Program-made: the position numbers and the translations under genes
Notes under the pieces: generated by a model
Told to the model about the DNA's origin: nothing
Databases searched by the model: none
Seen by the model: the letters and a program-made list of their open reading frames with translations, nothing else
Shown here: positions 42,636-45,395 of the stretch, piece by piece
Layout of the letters: every line of letters starts with the position of its first letter
How positions within the stretch are numbered: position 1 is the stretch's first letter
DNA from: an uncultured Dehalococcoidales bacterium
Lineage (GTDB): Bacteria > Chloroflexota > Dehalococcoidia > Dehalococcoidales > UBA2162
Direction: 5' to 3'
Length of the DNA: 45,395 nt
NCBI GenBank assembly: GCA_964354005.1
Contig: CAYGYD010000001.1
Location: 1-45,395 of the forward strand

Positions 42636-44063
42636 ATGTCATCAACTGAGCGAGTGTCCAGCCCAAATAGAGCGCAAAGCCTGGCCATAGACTCTCGGCT
42701 GAAGCAGGACCCGGTGGATTCCGTTTGGTCTGAGGATTCTAATTCATTCGGGGCAAAGAATGATGTTGCCCCAGAGTTAGCCCTGCTTAGAAGCATTGCC
42801 ACTCGGACAATCAGTGGCAGCTCAGTTGAACAAGTGACATCAACGGTTTCTATCCTAAATGACCTCATCCCTGGTATTGAGGGTTGCCTCATACTGCTTT
42901 TTACCCCCACTGAGCATCAGCTTAAGCCGCACGTAGCATTGAACCTCTCTCGGGAGTTCATTATTGCCTTGGAGCGGAATGAGCAGAAAACACACATCAT
43001 GGCTACTGTCATCCGGCACATAAAGCCAACCACTCAGCTCTATATCCCCGGTAATAAGCAGTTCAGGTTCCTCTGGAGCGCAGCCGAGAGGGAAGGTATC
43101 CGGACATTGTGGTTTATTCCGTGGCACGACCGGGATGGTAGTCTTCTAGGCCTGTTCCTATTCACCTCCAGCCAACATTTTTCTCCCACTAGGCAGGCAG
43201 TTGCCTCGGTGACGCTCCTGATTGACTGGTTATCAATGGCAGTACGTGAAACACGAGCGGCAGGACAGTACCGTGACCAGTCTTATTCTCCTGCCACCAA
43301 TAAAGATACCTCGTTGCCGCCCAAGTCGATAGGGTACACTGAACCAAATGTCGTTTCGGTGCTATCTCATGAGTTACTTTCGCCACTGACACTGATAAAA
43401 GGCTATGCCGCCACCATGCTGCAGCTTTCAGACGTTATCACTGGAGCCCAAAGGGAGCACTATTGTCAAGGTATTGAATCGGCAACCAATAAGGTTATTC
43501 GGTTGTTGGAGAACCTCCGAGACATCTCTCAACTTGAAGAGAGCAATCCTAGGCTGCTTGTTGAGAGAACACCTCTGGCTGACCTACTTCGTGAGGCCAC
43601 ATCGGAAATACAAAACCAGACAACGAAGCATGTTCTTAAACTGCGTCTTACTCGTACGCTGCCAGCGCTTGAAATTGACCGCCAGAAGATATTTCAGGTG
43701 GTGACTAATCTGCTGGGTAACGCCGTAAAATACTCGCCACAGGGGGGCGATATTGAGGTAACCGCCAGACAGGTGCAAAGTGAAGAGAAGCTGAGGGAAG
43801 TTTTGGGAGAAGCATTTGCGCTCAAGACCCCCTGCGTTATCGTAAACGTTTCTGATCGTGGAGCAGGTATACCGGAGGGGGACTTGGAGCGGATCTTTGA
43901 CAAGTTCTATCGAGTGGATAGCAGACTGACACGGGCTACCCCGGGAGCTGGCCTCGGTCTGTATATTTGCAAGATGATTGTGGCGGCTCATGGCGGTCAT
44001 ATCTGGGCGAGGAGCACGCCGGGGAGCGGCAGCACATTTTTCTTCTCCCTGCCTCTATACTGA
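42636..44063 (+). CDS. Cytoplasmic sensor histidine kinase (GAF-like N-terminal domain, HisKA, HATPase_c)
   Basis: No TM helices. H-box SVLSHELLSPLTLIKGY, N-box LLGNAVKYSP, G-boxes SDRGAGIP and GAGLGLYICKMIVAAHGG. Confidence 0.9.
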   Translation: MSSTERVSSPNRAQSLAIDSRLKQDPVDSVWSEDSNSFGAKNDVAPELALLRSIATRTISGSSVEQVTSTVSILNDLIPGIEGCLILLFTPTEHQLKPHVALNLSREFIIALERNEQKTHIMATVIRHIKPTTQLYIPGNKQFRFLWSAAEREGIRTLWFIPWHDRDGSLLGLFLFTSSQHFSPTRQAVASVTLLIDWLSMAVRETRAAGQYRDQSYSPATNKDTSLPPKSIGYTEPNVVSVLSHELLSPLTLIKGYAATMLQLSDVITGAQREHYCQGIESATNKVIRLLENLRDISQLEESNPRLLVERTPLADLLREATSEIQNQTTKHVLKLRLTRTLPALEIDRQKIFQVVTNLLGNAVKYSPQGGDIEVTARQVQSEEKLREVLGEAFALKTPCVIVNVSDRGAGIPEGDLERIFDKFYRVDSRLTRATPGAGLGLYICKMIVAAHGGHIWARSTPGSGSTFFFSLPLY

Positions 44064-44209
44064 CCATCATTTACCATTAGAGTCTAATACCTAGTCTTAG
44101 AACAACCTTTCAAACCGACTTGCCGTGCTGTCTCCGATAACTATACCCCGAGTCTATCACTTACCATTAGGAGGTCAGTCTGGACGGATTGCGTACTGCC
44201 CTTCTCTTT

Positions 44210-45007
44210 TCATAACTCACCTCTGTGGCACTTAACCTGCCCATAAGCGCCCAGAACGGCAACGAGGAAATAGATGCTGCCAATATACTGAGAGGCTCTC
44301 CCAAGCCAGGCAATTCGGCTGTCGACTGCGCCCTGTGACATGAAGATTAGGCCAAAGGCAAAGAGCATCAGGCCCAGGGAATACCAATAAAGAGAATCTG
44401 TCCGCGACTTGAAGTACAATCTAAGGTAGATGGAGGATGAAGCAAGGAAAAAGACTGCCGCTGTTCCTCGGACAGTATCTCTGAGCAGAGTAGAGCTCTC
44501 CTCAGGCACATAAAATGGGGGAATCACGCCTCGAAACGCAAGCAGGGTGACTAAGGCCATACTCGCCAATGTAAAGAGGTAGTAGGAGAGGATAATCCTT
44601 GGTTTACGCCTGAACTCCGACTGAGGTATACGCAGTTTGGCCATGCTTAAGCTGGCTCCAGTCAAATGCAGAACCGAAGCGATCAAGACTGTACTGTCAT
44701 ATATGGTGATAGGCACATTCAGCCCTTTACCTCCTAGCCACCCTCTAAGCAGAGTGCCAACCCCGAAAGCCAGTGCGCCGCAGCCCAGCCACAACATCTG
44801 ACGCGAACCCATGATTACAGAATTCCTCGCCGCAATGTAGACCACAGGTACAGCAAAACCAGAAATGAACGCTGTGTTGAGTATGGAAGTCGGCAAATGA
44901 ATTCTGAAATCCTCTTCAATGTCGAAGATATCGAGGCCGATAAGGATTATGCCGAGAATTGCAGTGACAAGAACTATTGCGAGTCCGAATCGCTTGGGCA
45001 TTTGCAT
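44210..45007 (-). CDS. Polytopic membrane protein (about 7-8 TM helices), unknown function
   Basis: 265 aa, hydrophobic throughout, no recognisable catalytic motif. A 16-bp perfect palindrome lies 45-60 bp upstream of its start. Confidence 0.6.
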   Translation of the reverse strand: MQMPKRFGLAIVLVTAILGIILIGLDIFDIEEDFRIHLPTSILNTAFISGFAVPVVYIAARNSVIMGSRQMLWLGCGALAFGVGTLLRGWLGGKGLNVPITIYDSTVLIASVLHLTGASLSMAKLRIPQSEFRRKPRIILSYYLFTLASMALVTLLAFRGVIPPFYVPEESSTLLRDTVRGTAAVFFLASSSIYLRLYFKSRTDSLYWYSLGLMLFAFGLIFMSQGAVDSRIAWLGRASQYIGSIYFLVAVLGAYGQVKCHRGEL

Positions 45008-45395
45008 CTCCTGTAAATTCTAGCACAAATCGCAGATAGGCGCAGTAATTCCACCAGCTAGCTGGTGTCCCTTTCGAGCAAACTGCGGACATTTGTGTTT
45101 GCCCAGTTCTTCAGCAGAGATTGGATTAGACGCTAGGAATGACCTGAAATAGGGTAGATGTGCAAGGCCGGAGCGAAATTGATGCTCGCAAGCTTATCAA
45201 CTGCGGAAATTGATAAATGAGTGACGATTCTTGGTAGTGTCCTGAAAGTGGTGGAAAAAGGTACCAAACGCCTGAATCTCCTCGTCAGAACGCGCCTGCA
45301 CCAGCCTCATCATTCTTTTCAACTGGTTAGGTCGTTGCTGAGTGTATTCTGACTGTCCCCACTGGCTCAGACATGGATACCCACACTAGTTGTCC

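Noticed and set aside
44071-44170. Exact 10-mer TTACCATTAG at 44071 and 44161, with AGTCTA adjacent to both copies, between the convergent kinase and membrane-protein genes.
   Set aside because: These are short repeats in an AT-richer convergent spacer. There is no hairpin or terminator geometry and no obvious function, so chance cannot be excluded.

Overview
All calls come from reading the sequence and ORF translations by eye; no database or HMM search was run. This looks like a bacterial chromosomal segment, based on Shine-Dalgarno use, pilT, an OmpR-type regulator and Wzx/Wzy machinery. I could not recognise any rRNA, tRNA, CRISPR array, transposase or integrase.

- **Left ~10 kb:** a 5'-truncated MFS transporter, a stand-alone MerR-type HTH protein plus pilT, and TRAP dctQ-dctM with no dctP nearby. 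It also holds a presenilin/SPP-like GxGD intramembrane protease, a 220-bp cluster of GC-rich hairpins, an SDR, an MBL-fold hydrolase and galE.
- **Centre (10.4-15.6 kb):** a 1630-aa secreted, C-terminally membrane-anchored surface protein. Its domains are a beta-helix, five near-identical cadherin-like repeats split 2+3 by a malectin domain, Fn3 and CARDB. A translationally coupled small membrane protein follows it.
- **16.2-38.3 kb:** a Wzx/Wzy-type glycan locus. About 20 kb of it is one tightly packed minus-strand gene string: 3 GT2, 3 GT4, 2 DegT aminotransferases, a radical-SAM enzyme, a methyltransferase, an LbH acetyltransferase, a Gfo/Idh/MocA oxidoreductase, the initiating phosphoglycosyl transferase and a nucleotide-sugar dehydrogenase.
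- **38.4-40.9 kb:** only 38 bp upstream on the same strand is an 857-aa REC-GGDEF-pseudokinase-HD-GYP protein in which every catalytic motif is degenerate.
- **Right end:** a ~960-bp gene-free region with promoter-like elements, a perfect 11-bp tandem repeat and two terminator-like hairpins (one strong intrinsic terminator), suggesting sRNAs or a leader. Then come an OmpR-type response regulator whose N-terminus has no canonical start codon, a soluble GAF histidine kinase and a polytopic membrane protein.

The most interesting candidates are the degenerate signalling protein heading the glycan operon, the radical-SAM/aminotransferase pair, and the RNA-rich intergenic region upstream of the two-component system.
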